The translations under genes were made by a program, and so were the position numbers. A stretch of 64,000 bases of DNA from Chiloscyllium plagiosum (taxonomy: Eukaryota). This document shows positions 40,411 through 53,376 of the stretch, one piece after another; position 1 is the stretch's first letter; each line of letters starts with the position of its first letter. The DNA lies in contig NC_057718.1 of assembly GCF_004010195.1 (NCBI RefSeq), positions 39,353,143 to 39,417,142 on the forward strand, given 5' to 3'. The notes beneath the pieces were generated by a model. It saw nothing but the letters and a program-made list of their open reading frames with translations, was not told the DNA's origin and did not search any database.

Positions 40411-41139
40411 AAGTTGTTAAAGTGTTCAATTTGTTTTAACTTTGGTGAACAACAAGTTTTTGGCCAGGGACTTATAATGACAAAAGGCTGATATAAAAAT
40501 ATTGTGCCAAAATGTGGCCTGCCCACACCAGTTAACATGCAGACAGGCATTACTCAATGTTGATGCTTCTTGTATTATTAATGGTTAGCATTTATTGCAC
40601 TACTGACTGGCTGCACCATTGAGGACAGATAAAAGTAAATCCACCTAAAAGCAGAAATGTCCCATAAAGAAAGGTGCTTTCTGGCTACAGGCATTTAGGA
40701 TGAAGTTGATGAACCATGCCTAACGGTATGAGTACACAAATACAGAGGTTCTCTGATGCTACCATGGAGGTTTTGGTGCAGGCAGTAGATATATTCCAGA
40801 TATATTCTTTGTCAGCAATAGCAAGAAATTGCTGAACTTGACAATGCTAGGAGCACTATTTAATAACCTGACACAGAGAAGTACACCACTGAAAGCCTCA
40901 CTGATTATAACATCAATAAGACACACTGAACACCCTTTCCTGCAATATCTTGCCAAGTCATGGCAAACAAAATGAATTTAAGGATAATATTAGATCAACG
41001 AGGAGTCATATAAAGTTGCAAGAAGACCGAGGACTGGGAGCAATTTAAAATTCAGTAGAGGAAGACTAAGAGCTTGATTAAGAGGGGGAAGTAGAATATG
41101 ACAGTAAAATTGTGTGGAACATAAAATTGCACTGTAAGA

Positions 41140-41425
41140 GTTCGACCCGGGTTCGATTCCAGCCCCGGGCGACTGTCTGTGTGGAGTTTGCTGTGGCTGC
41201 TCTGGTTTCCTCCCACAATCCAAAGATGTGCAGGTTTGGTGAACTGGCCATGTTAAATTGCCCATAGTGTTCAGGGATGTGTGGGTTGGGTGCATTAGTC
41301 ATGGGTGAATGTAGAATAATAGGCTAGGGGAATGGGTCCAGGTGGGATACTCTTTGGAGGGTCAGTGTGGACTTGTTGGGCTGAAGGACCTGTTTCCACA
41401 CTGTAGGGATTCTATGTTTCTATGA
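41140..41425 (+). mobile_element. 5'-truncated V-SINE
   Basis: ccggggttcgattcc B box, V core, tail ctgtagggattctatg. Confidence 0.85.
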
Positions 41426-42157
41426 TAAATATATAAAAATGAAAAATGGTAGAGAGATAAATGGGAGAATTGATAGCAGAAAACAATGATATGGCATAGC
41501 TATTAAACAAGTATCTTAGTTCAGTTTTCACAAGAGACCTACTGGTGTTTTTTTTTGAGCAAAATAGTTGAGAGAGAACCAGTGGATGTGGTGAATTTGG
41601 ATATTCCGAATTTAGTGTTCAAAATCAAAGCATACAGAACTGGTGGTAATAACTAGCATAGATTGAGAATTGGTTAGCAGACAGAAATAGTGCAGGAATA
41701 AATTAATCAATTTCAGAGGGGAAGATGGGAACAAGTGAGGTAACTGGACATCGATTATTCACAACACATGTATTGATGATTTTGATAATGTCATTATTTC
41801 AAGGTTGTTGATGACACAAAATTATATAGGGTTGTAGATGGTGAGGAGTATTTTAAAAAAAACTTCAAGGCACTTAGTCAGGTTGAGTGAGTGGGCAATG
41901 GGGATCTTATTGAAACATATACAACTCTGAAAGGGTTGGCCAGACTGCATGCAGAGATGATGCATCCCCTATCCAGGAAATCTGATACAAGGAGAAGGCA
42001 GATTATGTGGTGGCCATTTCAGACTAAGATGAAGAGAAAATACTTCACTCGGAGGTTGGTGAATCGGTTAAATTCTTTGCCAAGGAAGGCTGTGAAAGCC
42101 AAGTTGCTAAATATATTTTTTAAAATTATATCTCTAGAGACCAAAGACCTGGAGGTA

Positions 42158-42475
42158 CAGGCACACAATCCTTTGTATGAAATTCTGAAATCCGCAAAGC
42201 TCCGAAATCCAAAGATTTTTTGTGAAGTTGTTTCTATATAACAAGGTTGTTTGACGTGCAAACAGGTGACCCAACTCCACACCCACTCAATCCACTTTAC
42301 TCGGATGTGACATAGCGGTATGGCCCAGCACTGGCAGGCATCAGTTGTGTCTCAGCACTCGTACAGTTAAACATGGGTCTGCTGTTCAGTACTTTTTATT
42401 TATTTCACTGTGAAAATGTGATTTATTCTGAAATTCGAAAAGTTCCAAAATCTGAAAAACAACTGGCCCCAAAGA
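42158..42475. mobile_element. Tigger/TcMar-like non-autonomous DNA transposon relic
   Basis: TA|CAGGCACACAATCC start and repeated (A)AATCCG/TTCCGAAA subterminal motifs at both ends; right TIR not seen. Confidence 0.5.
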
Positions 42476-43019
42476 CACTAGGTAGACCGTAGTGTTCAGA
42501 TAGACTATCAGCCGTGATTATGTCAAATGATGGAGCTGGCTTAATGGACCTATTCCTGAACCTATTTTCTATATTTCTATACATTTGTTGGCCATACTCT
42601 ATAACTAGATTTGACTACAAATCAGAAATCAATTTCTGTTAAAATGGAACTCTCTAAAACCTAAGCCTATCAATTTACTTGAATAATAATCAAAATTGAA
42701 TAATCGTTATTTATAGTTTTATTAATCTTGCTACTACTTGGTAATCTTTGCTCATCATTCTGGTCAACTGCATGAAATAAAGGTTCCCTATGCCCCAGAT
42801 ATTATTAATTTTAAGTTTTTGCTAAAATAATACTCATTTAACTTTTGGGGTAGAATTATTTTATTTGTTATTTATTGTCATTATTTATTGTCAATCATTT
42901 GGGCACAAATAGCACCACAATTACTATTACAGTAATGACTACAATCTTTGTGGTGCTTGCATAACAAGAATAATAATAATAAACAAGGTACTTGACAATG
43001 CTATACAAATGGAGTACTT

Positions 43020-43445
43020 TGCCTCATGAGGAAAGGCTAGATAGACTAGGCCTCTATCCTCTGGAGTTTCGAAGAGTTAGTGGTCTTAATTGAAATAGAA
43101 CCTGAGGGACTCACCTGGGTGGACATGGAAAGGATGGTTCCACTTGTGGGAGAATCTAAAACTTGGAATCATAGTTTAAAAATAAGGGGTTTGCCCATTT
43201 AAAACAGAGATGAGGGTTGTGAATGTTTATGTTTCCCTTCTTCAAATGGCAGTGGATGCAGGATCTTTAACTATTTTAAGGCAAAGGTAGATAGATTCTT
43301 GATTACCAAGGGAATGAAAGATTATTGAGATATACTGGAATGCAGAATTGAGGTTTTAAAATCAGATCAGGCCCAATCTTATTGAATGGCAGAGCAGGCT
43401 CCAAGGCCCAGTGGCTTATCCTTGTTCTTTGTTCATATGTTCATA
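43020..43445 (+). mobile_element. CR1 3' fragment
   Basis: RLDRLGLYPLEFRR relic and 3' UTR gaatggcagagcaggctc. Confidence 0.7.
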
Positions 43446-44525
43446 AATATGACATTAAAATTGAAAACTTTTATGCATTGCAAACTTTAAAAACCTCATA
43501 TCATTTTCTACCTGAGTTCTCTGCCCTTTGGTGACTTTTTGCCAAACTACTGCAAAATGCCATAATTTTGTCTAATATTGGAAAGACTTGGAGGCAATCC
43601 CACACTGTCTCTGCAAGAAAGGAGATCAAACCTTGTGCTTCAGGCGTTCTCACACTTCATATTCCACCTCAACCTCTGGTGTCCTACCCCTTTTAAATTT
43701 ATAGAATACTGAATGATCACACATCAATCAACAATGGCACATTGGTATCACATTACTCATCTGGGAATAGCAATTATCCAGAGTTCAAAGCAAAGATTGC
43801 GAGACTATCATTATTTCAAATAACGATATTTGTGACTCATACGTGGCACAAACCCCTCTGGCAGAAGCTTTCTAATGTTAGGGCAGTTGGCAGAGTCAGC
43901 CTCATACAAGGTTTAAAAAGGCTTAAAACCCAAGTTAATTAATATGAAAATTCACTGTGGCAAGGCTACAAATTAATCAGAAGTGGATTAATCTTTCTTC
44001 CATTATTTTCTTTCCATGTAATTTGCATTTTACACCTCAAAATATTAAATTTCACTTCAGTGTGCTCAAGGCTTGTTTGCCAAGTTACTCTTGCTTTTAC
44101 ATATGTATCTAGAATTGCTTTCTACTGATGCAAATCTAGCTTAAACTATTCGAGGTATTTTCTAATCAGCCTGTTCAGAAATGTAAATACACACTTGTAG
44201 AGCAAGTGGGATTTGAATCTCAGCCTCCTGGCTCAAAGGTAGGAACATTACCATGGCACTATAGGAGTCCTGCTTAGGCTATTATATGACCTTTCACAAA
44301 CCAAATCAATGAATCATGAGTAAATTAGGTTGCACTGTACCTTGGCAACAAAATATAAAACAAGGCATCTGCAAATTATTTTTAATGAAATAAATGCATA
44401 TTCAATATGAAACCTAACAAACTATTTTAAATTACTGTCAAGACAATATCTATATTTACACTGCAACCAAATCTAAATAACAATCTTTGTCTTACACAGA
44501 ATTCTGAACAAGATATTTTACTTAC

Positions 44526-44632
44526 TGTTCTTTTTGTACATAAGGATTTCAAATGAGTTTATCTCGTAGTTTTCAAATGTCTGCTGTACTTTTTCAATTG
44601 TTTCTTTATCTGTTAACTCTCCAAACATGAAA
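44526..44632 (-). CDS. KCNH1: KCNH1 exon 3 (PAS domain), 107 nt
   Basis: ttttgcag| (S)[35 protein letters not shown](R) |gtaag; absent from the ORF track; frame-compatible with both neighbours. Confidence 0.96.
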
Positions 44633-46999
44633 CTGCAAAACAGAAATCAATATGACAATTATTGGTGTAAATTTTCAGTTTTTGGTTCAGATTACTGTAA
44701 ACTGAATTTTACTTACAGCATTCTGATTTTGCAGCTTAATTTAGAAATCCTTGTTAATTTTTTCCAATGTCAATATTAAACACTCCATACATTATAATAA
44801 TGAGCTGCATTAAACAGGATTGAATTTAACTATTGCTTGTGCTGATTCTACTAACCTCTTCTGTAGTGCTGTGGGAGCGCCAGCACTTGCCAGTACCTGA
44901 CCCAGGGTAAAATGCTATGCAGGACCTCTCCTGCCAAAAAAAAGGCCATTGGGAAGAATGGTGAGGATAGTATCAGGCTCAATTCTGATATCTGCAGGGT
45001 TCAAGAACCTACCAGTATTTACATAAAGAATTATTATTATTCAGCTACATATAACTTATTGAACTTAAATTCTCCAGCTAAGAAAAACAGAATACTGATC
45101 ACGATTCTATCTTCCTTAAGTTTACTAGAAATAGTTAGTCCAAACTCCTCATGGAAATTCCAGGCCCAAATAACTTACTCCAAAATTCCTAGATTCCATT
45201 CCTTTGTAGATTCCATTCCTGCATTCAAGAACTAATAACCTGTAAAGATTCAGCAACAATAATATTTTCAATTTCTTCTCAGCCTTTCAAGCCAATAAAT
45301 GAAAATTGCCACTTTAATAGTATGCTGCTAACAATATTAACATTGATTCAGTTCATTCTTGTTATCAGTGCTCTAACGAAGTCTTCAGTACATTTTTAAA
45401 AGATCAATAGTATTGGAACAAACAAAATGCTAATAGTTCATTTGCAAAAGGCTTCTGGGCAATAGGTTAAATCATGGATTTTTCCCACAAAGGGCATACC
45501 TTTAAAGTAAATCCATTTTAATGATTCCAAACAATTGATGAATATTAGTCTTTTGGGTTTAAAGCTATCCATTCCACACTTACTGGCAGCATTGCTGATC
45601 ATTTTGTTTCACATCTATGGGTGCATCAACTGCTCAAAAAGGCACCTTTCACACTGAACAATGTTTGCTGTGTAGCTGCCTCATATACCATTTTCCAATG
45701 AGAGCTACCCAGTTTTCCAACTTCTGTCTGTTGCCTGAAGATATAACCATTAAATATATGGACAATACAAGTGAGGCATGTGGTGATTTTTATGAAACTT
45801 GAGAAAAGAAACTATAAACTTGCTAGATAATATATGTTACAAATGATTACTGAGAACAGTAATTATGGCCAACCGGTGGAAGATGGCCATAGCCACAAGA
45901 TCTCACACGGAGGGGTCAGTGATGGCGGTCACTCTCATGGCCACAAATGAGGCCACAGCACTTTCTAGTCTGAAAGCACACACAGTAATAATATGTTCCT
46001 TCCAAAACCACTTTGTCACAACACATATCCCCCTCATCTCACAACTTCTTCTGATTTACAATCTGCAAATGGTTGAAGTATACACCTCTTGCTTTAACTC
46101 CTTTCCTCACCCACATCTTTAAGAATTTATCTATTCAGAAACCCACACACTGCGACATGATCAACAGCTGGTGTGCTGAAGTAACAAGCTCAGCTCTTGA
46201 CACATCATGTACTTTTGAGGATAGCAAGATCAGCACATGTTGAATCAATGGACATTAATTGGCAACAGAAAACACTTGTGGACCCAACCAAGATGCAGTA
46301 TCTGATGACTGATATTTCAGCTTCCATTGCAGCACAAACTGAAGCCATCACTGTCTGACTGCTGCTGTTTGTTGCCGAGGAGGCTCAGACGGTTGCCATC
46401 ACAGTTATGGATAGCAACGCAAAAACAAACGTTCAGGGTCTCACTGCTATCAGCAATCTGGGTTCCAGCAGATGACTGTGATTGTTGAAGCATTTCTGTG
46501 GGTGGTGCCAATTGCTCTGCAGTACCCAAACTGAATATCCTCTCCCAGCATCACTGAATTTGACCCTTAGCCCCTGCTGTTGGCTATCAACCTGTCAGCC
46601 CAGACTGATGTCACCTATGCTGGGATGGTGTCCTGAAACAGGGTCTTCTGGGCCCAAAGATGCTCACAGTTATCCTGTTGGGTCATCTATAGTCTCCCCT
46701 GTTAAAAGTCAACAGCTTTCCACCAACCACTCTGCAGCCACAGGGATATCTCTGCACAGGGGCACGAAGCCAGGTAAAGGCACCTGAAGGACAGGTACTA
46801 AGAGAATGCACAAGGATAACTAGTTATCTTCCACTGACCTTATTTCAGCATTGTGACTACAAGAGAACTCTGATCTGTAGAAGGGCAAATGGTAAGGCAC
46901 AGAGGATAGTTGTACAATGGGAATTGTGCTTGTGTTTATGGAAATCATAGTTAAATAACAGAATCAGAACAGTCTGGGCAGAGATGTTCTGGCTGTCTC

Positions 47000-48010
47000 A
47001 CCTTCTCCTCCATCCTCCAGCTGTTCCTCCTATTCCTGCCTCACAGAGGCAAGCACGGTGCTATCACAATGGCCAGGGTTGGAAGGATTATTCAGGAGCA
47101 GTCAAGACAGCAGAACAATTGTTTCAACGCCCCCATACTCTATAATACTTAGTGTGACAGCATGGCTCCATTGTCTTTGTGCTGGCTTCACATTTGAGCT
47201 GCAGATTGGAGTCATGAGTCAGGTATCAACTAGACTTCCCCTTTTGGTCGGTAGCCATTCTCTGGCAGTGCATGAATGAGGGAACACAGTCTACCAGAGA
47301 ATGAATGTACTATAAAAAATAGAGGTAAAAACAATGACTGCAGATGCTGGAAACCAAATTCTGGATCAGTGGTGCTGGAAGAGCACAGCAATTCAGGTAG
47401 CATCCGTCAGCAGCAAAATCGACGTTTCGGGCAAAAGCCCTTCATCAGGAATAAAGGCAGAGAGCCTGAAGCATGGAGAGGATGAGGCAGGGGAAGGGGA
47501 AGTGAGGAAGCTGTTGAAGTCCACATTGATGCCCTGGTGTTGAAGTGTTCCGAGGCAGAAGATGAGGCGTTCTTCCTCCAGGCGTCTGGTGGTGAGGGAG
47601 CGGCGGTGAAGGAGGCCCAGGACCTCCATGTCCTCGGCAGAGTGTAGGGGGAGTTGAAATGTTGGGCCACGGGGCGGTTTGGTTGATTAGTGCTACAAAA
47701 AATGCCAGGACAATAGACATTGACCACCATATGTGGTGAGCATGGTCACACAGAAACTGTATATTCAGCATTCAGTAACTTTCACAGTTGCAGTGCATCT
47801 GTGGTGAAACGCAGCAGGCACACGCACACACATACACACAAAATTAATCCCACTGTCCCGCAAAGTCACACACTGCTTACTTCTCCCTAAGCATTCAGAA
47901 AAATCTACTCTCCTTGCACAAACAGCCATTATCACCCTTTTGATACGGTGAATGTCAAAATGAGAAATGTTCCAGACATTACCTGTTCTAGTCAACAAGG
48001 ATCTCACTGC
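47000..48010 (-). mobile_element. Possible ancient PIF/Harbinger transposase relic (split by the Penelope insertion); possible Myb/SANT-ORF relics near 29250-29420 and 60130-60270
   Basis: GN..NISHF.IHR.I.RV..A.CARR..F resembles the HARBI1-type G.I..ISQ..VHR.I..V..AL; highly decayed. Confidence 0.3.
47321..47692 (-). mobile_element. Penelope-like element 3' fragment (GIY-YIG C-terminus + pLTR with hammerhead core)
   Basis: PVAQHFNSP...VLGLLH...RRLEEERLIF.LGTLQ.QGINVDF; intact core at 47421-47448; probable TSD CTA(T/C)AAAAAAT (47310-47320 / 47693-47703). Confidence 0.88.
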
Positions 48011-48034
48011 AAAAAGAAGAGGAAGTGCTAAAGC

Positions 48035-49785
48035 TCTTAGAAAACATAAAGGTAGATAAATCCCAGGTCCCGATCAAATGTATCCCAGGATATTGTAGGA
48101 CGTTAGGGAGGAAATTGCCGGGCTCTTAGCAGAAATATCTGTAAACATAGGTGAAGTACTGGAGGACTGGAGGGTTGTTAATGTTGTGACATTGTTTAAG
48201 AAAGTTAAAACTCACGACACCAGATTATAGTCCAACAGATTTACTTGGAAGCACTAGCTTTTGGAGTGCTTGACAACCGCCTGATGAAGGAGCTGCACTC
48301 CGAAAGCCTGTGCTTCCAAATAAACCTGTTGGACTATAACTTAGTGTTGTGTGATTTTTAACTTTGTACGTTCATTCTAACACCGGCACTTTCAAACTTT
48401 GTTTAAGAAAAGTTGTAAGGAGAAGCCTGGAAAATACAGACATGTGAAGTTGTTGGAGATGATTCTGAAAGATAGGATTTACATGCATTTGGAGAGACAA
48501 GGAATGTTTAGGGATAGTCAGCATGATTTTGTGCAAGGAAAATCATGTCTCTCAAACTTGATTTGGGTTTTATGATGAAGTAACCAAAAAGATTGATGAG
48601 GGCTGAGCTGTAGTCAGTATTTACTTGGACTTTAATAAAGACTTTGACAAGGTTCCACATGGTAGACTAATTAGTAAAGTTAGATCACATGGGATTCAGT
48701 GTAAGCAAAATTGGCTTTATGATAGGAAACAGAGGGTGGTGGTGGTGGAGGGTTGCTTTTCAGACTAGAGGTCTGTGACCAGCAGTGTTCCACAGGGATC
48801 GTTGCTGAGTCCATTGCTTTTCATAATTTATATAAATGATCTTAATGTGAACATAGGAGGAATGGTTAGTAAGTTTGCAGATGACACCAAAATTGGAGGT
48901 TTAGTGGACAGCGATGGTAATTACTCAAAAGAAAACAGGATCTTGATCAGATGGACCAATGGGCTGAGGAGTGGCAGGTGGAGTTTAATTTAGATAAATG
49001 TGAGGTGCTGCATTTTGGAAAGGCAAATCAGAGCAGGACTTACACACTTAATGGTAAGGCCCTGGGGAGTGCTGCTGATCAAAGGGACCTTGGAGAGCAG
49101 ATTCATAGTTTATTGAAGGTGGAGTTGCAGGTAGACAGGATAATGAAGAAAGCACTTAGTATGCTTGTCTTTATTGATCAGTGCTTTCAGTATAGGAGTT
49201 GTGAGGTCATGTTGCAGCTGTAGAAGACATTGGTTAGGCCACTACTGGAATACTGCATGCAATTCTGGTTTCCTTGCTATAAGAAGGATGTTGTGAAACC
49301 TGAAAGGGTTCCGAAAAGGTTTACAAGTAAGTTGCCAGGGATGGAGGATTTGAGCTATAGGGATAGGCTGGGGCTGTTTTCCATGGCATATCGAAGGATG
49401 AGGGGCGACCTTGTAGATGTTCATAAAATCATGAGAAGCATGGATAGGATAAATAGACAAGGTATTTTCTCTGGATTTGGGGGAGGCTATAACTTAGAGG
49501 ACATAGGTTTGAGGTGAGAGGGGAAAAACTTAAAAGGGAGCTAAGGGGCAATTCCTTCATGCAGAGGGTGGTACGTGTATGGAATGAGCTGCCAGAGGAA
49601 GTGGTGGAGACTGGTACAATTCCAATATTTAAAAGGCATCTGGGTGGGTAACTGAATAGAAACAGTTTAGAGGAATATGGACCAAATGCTGGCAAATGGG
49701 ATGAGATTTATTTAGGATATCTAGTCGGCATCAACAAGTTGTGCCAAAGTATCTGTTTCCATGCTGTATATCTCTATGACTCTAA
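48035..49785 (+). mobile_element. CR1 ORF2 RT fragment
   Basis: DKSx[37 protein letters not shown]; 3' tail tctctatgactct. Confidence 0.9.
48204..48397 (+). mobile_element. Second-family Penelope-derived foldback element nested in CR1
   Basis: Inverted arms (aaagttaaaa...ggagtgc / gcactcc...ttttaacttt) plus tail; TSD TTGTTTAAGAAA; CTGATGAAGGAG..CTCCGAAAGC at 48281-48307. Confidence 0.8.
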
Positions 49786-49809
49786 TTGGGTCAACAGGCT
49801 TTGGAGTAG

Positions 49810-50580
49810 TAGATGGAGTGTGTGAATTATTGCAGTTAAGTAAAACAAACAAGGACAGGACTTATACAATTAATAGTACGGCTGTGGGTAGTGTTGCAAA
49901 ACAGAGAGGCCTAGTGGTTCAGGTACATAATGCTTTGAAATTTGCGTCACAGGTAGACTGGGTGGTAAAGAAGGCAGTTAGCATGCTTCCCTTCATTGTT
50001 CAGACCTTTGAGCAAAGAAGTTGGAATGTCATGTTGAGAGTGTACTGGATGTTGCTGAGGCCTCTTCTGGAGGATTGTGTGCAGTTCCAGTCATCTTGAT
50101 ATAGGAAGGATATTGTTAAACTGGAAACAGTTCAGAAAAAAATTACCAGGAATGGTGTTTTGAGATATAAAAATAGACTGGATAGGCTGGGAATGTAGGA
50201 GATTGAGGGCTGATCTTATTGAGGTTTATGAAATCTTGAGGGGTATAGATAAGGTGATTGACAAGGATCTTTTCCCTAGAGGGAAGGTGTTCAAAACTAG
50301 CGGGCATATTTTTAAGGTGAGAGGAGAACGATTTAAAAAGGGCATGAGGTGCAACGTTTTTATACAAAGAGTGGTTTGTATGTGGAATGAACTGCCAGAG
50401 AAAGTGGTGGATGTGGTTACAGTTCGAACCTAGAAAAGACATTTGGATAAGTCCACAAAAGGAAAGATTTGGAATGATATGGGCCAAGTACAGGCATGTG
50501 AGGCTAGTTTAGTTTGGAGCATGATTGGCATGGACTGGTTGGACCGAAGGGTCTGTTTCCATGCTATATGACTCTATGCA
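49810..50580 (+). mobile_element. CR1 3' fragment
   Basis: RTYTIN, RPLLE.CVQF, RADLIEVY.ILRG, WNELPE. Confidence 0.85.
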
Positions 50581-50871
50581 AAGAAATTCAGGGTCACAGT
50601 CACTAACACTGGATTGTGCTCTCTCTCTCTCTACTCGGATTCTGCAGGTCTGATTGCAAGGGGTGACAGAGATCTGGGAGCACTTCCCACCGAAAGCATA
50701 AATGATACATACACTGCTCATGGTTTAATTAGGGATAGAAGAAGTGATCCCAGAAGACCATGAGTATATCAGGCAGTTGTCAAATCCTGTCTCTCCCTCC
50801 TTCTGCTTTTCAAGTGTCCGAAAACAACATGCATTCCTCCCTCCTGTCTCTGCTCCATCTCCCTATCACAG

Positions 50872-51577
50872 AGGCATAGAGATGTACAGCATGGAAACAG
50901 ACCCTTCGGTCAAACCCGTCCATGCCAACCAGATATCCCAACCCAATCTAGTCCCACCTGCCAGCACCCAGCCCATATCCCTCCAAACCCTTCCTATTCA
51001 TATACCCATCCAGATGCCTTTTAAATGTTGCAATTGTACCAGCCTCCACCACTTCCTCTGGCAGCTCATTCCATACACGCACCACCCTCTGTGTGAAAAC
51101 ATTGCCCCTTAGGTCTCTTTTATAGCTTTCCCCTCTCACCCTAAACTTATGCCCCCTAGTTCTGGATTCCCTGACACCAGGGAAAAGACTTTGTCTATTT
51201 ATCCTATCCACGCCCCTCATGATTTTATAAACCTCTAGAAGGTCACTCCTCAGCCTCTGACGCTCCAGGGAAAACAGCCCCAGCCTGTTCAGCCTCTTCC
51301 TTTAGCTTAAATCCCCCAACCCTGGCAACCTCCTTATAAATCTTTTCTGAACCCTTTCAAGTTTCACAGCATCTTTCCGCTGGGAAGGAGACCAGAATTG
51401 CACGCAATATTCCAACAGTGGCCTAACCAATGTCCTGTACAACCGCAACATGACCTCCCAACTCCTGTACTCAATACTCTGACCAATAAACGAAAGCATA
51501 CCAAATGCCTTCTTCACTATCCCATCTACCTGTGACTCCACTTTCAAGGAGCTATGAACCTGCACTCCAAGGTCTCA
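50872..51577 (-). mobile_element. Young CR1 3' fragment
   Basis: QVHSSLKVESQVD...LYRTLVRPLLEYCVQFWSP...WNELPEEVVEAGT...GRWD plus 3' UTR. Confidence 0.92.
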
Positions 51578-52694
51578 AGGTGAATTCAACAGTAGTATTC
51601 ATGGTTGGGAACAAATGGCCTGGGCAGTACATTTGCAGTCACAACTAAGGACCTCCCCACCAGCAACACCAATTTCTGCTGACTTCATTAATGTTAGCCA
51701 TCTATTCCAAACACAGTTCACTTCCCAAAACTCAGAGAGATCTATGAGATGTTAGCAGCAAATAGCCTGCAAGTAGTTGAGGATCCTTTTTTTAGCCCCA
51801 CTGACCCCCCTTCTGCCTCATGGTTGGTTCAGCTTTGCATATTTAAAAGAGAATGTTAGCTGAAGCAACAAAGTTAAAAATGTTTAAGTGTTAAATCAGT
51901 GTTACAGACTAAACAATGTCACAATCTGCTGCTCTAATTACTTTCACTGCACATTTCTAAGGCCTTCACTATGGCATTCAGTATTCACCACAAAGGAGGC
52001 TTCCTCTCACTGACAAGTCTAGAACTACAGTTACAGTTGCTAGATAAGGGATCAATCATTTAGAACAGAAATAAGGAGAAATTCTTCACTTAAAGGCTTC
52101 TAAATCTTTGAAATTCTCAATTCACAGAGCTGTGAATCCTCAGTCATTGAGTATATTCAAGACAGAGACTGATAGATTTTTGGATATTATGGAAAGGGAT
52201 ATGGATGTAGTGTGGGAAGATACAAGATCAGCTATCATCTTTTTGAAAGGCCATTCAAGCTTAAAGATGCATACAGCCTTGCTCTGACCTCTAATGTTAT
52301 GTTCTTGTGATTCACGATTTCCAATTTAAAAATAAATAAGGGATACAATGTTTTTTGAGGCTGAAGACAACACATAGGAGGAGAAAGATAACATACGATA
52401 GGAGAGGTTAACATCAGACTTTTCTAAAGTCCAGATGAAAGAGCTGAAAATGTGTTGAAGTATTGGACCAGTGAATACTTAGTAAAACTCCTCCACATTT
52501 CATGAATGAGAAGTGCTTAGGGGAAAACATGGTGCCCATGAATTTGCCCAAGTGTAATTTAAATCATTGAGTCACAATTCACTAAAATCTGCTCTTAAAG
52601 TAAAATCTAGTGAAAGTCAGGAGAGAATAGGTGAGAAGTTAATTCATAGCTTTCTCTTGGAGACATTTGGTTTCTTGTTTGTACTGATAGGAAA

Positions 52695-53376
52695 CGCGGG
52701 CAAAAGTGAGGACTGCAGATGCTGGAAACCAGAGTTTAGATCAGAGTGGTGCTGGAAACGCACAGCAGGTCAGGCAGCATCCGAGGAGCAGGAAAATCGA
52801 CGTTTCGGGCAAAAGCCCTTCATCAGGAATAGAGGCAGGAAGCACAGAGCACTTCAGGGAACATCTCTGGGACACCCGCACCAATCAACCTCACCACCCC
52901 ATGGCCCAACATTTCAACTCTGCCGAGGACATGCAGGTCCTGGGCCTCCTCCACCACCGCTCCCTCACTACCTGATGCCTGGAGGAAGAACGCCTCATCT
53001 TCCGCCTCAGAACACTTCAACCCCAGGGCATCAATGTGGACTTTACCAGTTTCCTCATTTCCTCTCCCCCCACCTTACCCCAGTTCCAACCTTCCAGCTC
53101 AGCAGTATCCTCATGACCTGTCCCACCTGCCAATCTCCCTTCCCACCTATCTGATCCACTCTCTCCTCTGACCTACCACCTCCATCCCCACCCACATTCA
53201 CCTATTGAACTCTTTGCTACCTTCTCCCCAGCCCCACCCCCTCCATTTATCTCTCCACCCTGGAGGCTTCCTGCCTCTATTCCTGATGAAGGGCTTTTGC
53301 CCGAAACTTTGATTTTCCTGCTCCTCGGATGCTGCCTGACCTGCTGTCCTTTTCCAGAACCACTCTGATCTGATCT
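52695..53376. mobile_element. Penelope-like element: inverted pLTRs enclosing a GIY-YIG C-terminal fragment
   Basis: Inverted repeats ~52738-52843 / 53266-53371; FREHLWDTRTNQP..PMAQHFNS...MQVLGLLH; possible TSD ATAGGAAA. Confidence 0.88.

Larger units (their letters stand above)
40985..42582 (+). mobile_element. Decayed CR1 with nested V-SINE and DNA transposon
   Basis: VDDTK, GDLIETY..LKGL, NSLPRKAV relics; 3' UTR at ~42500-42580. Confidence 0.7.

Noticed and set aside
52567..53154. 195-aa proline-rich ORF
   Set aside because: Alternative frame across a Penelope fragment
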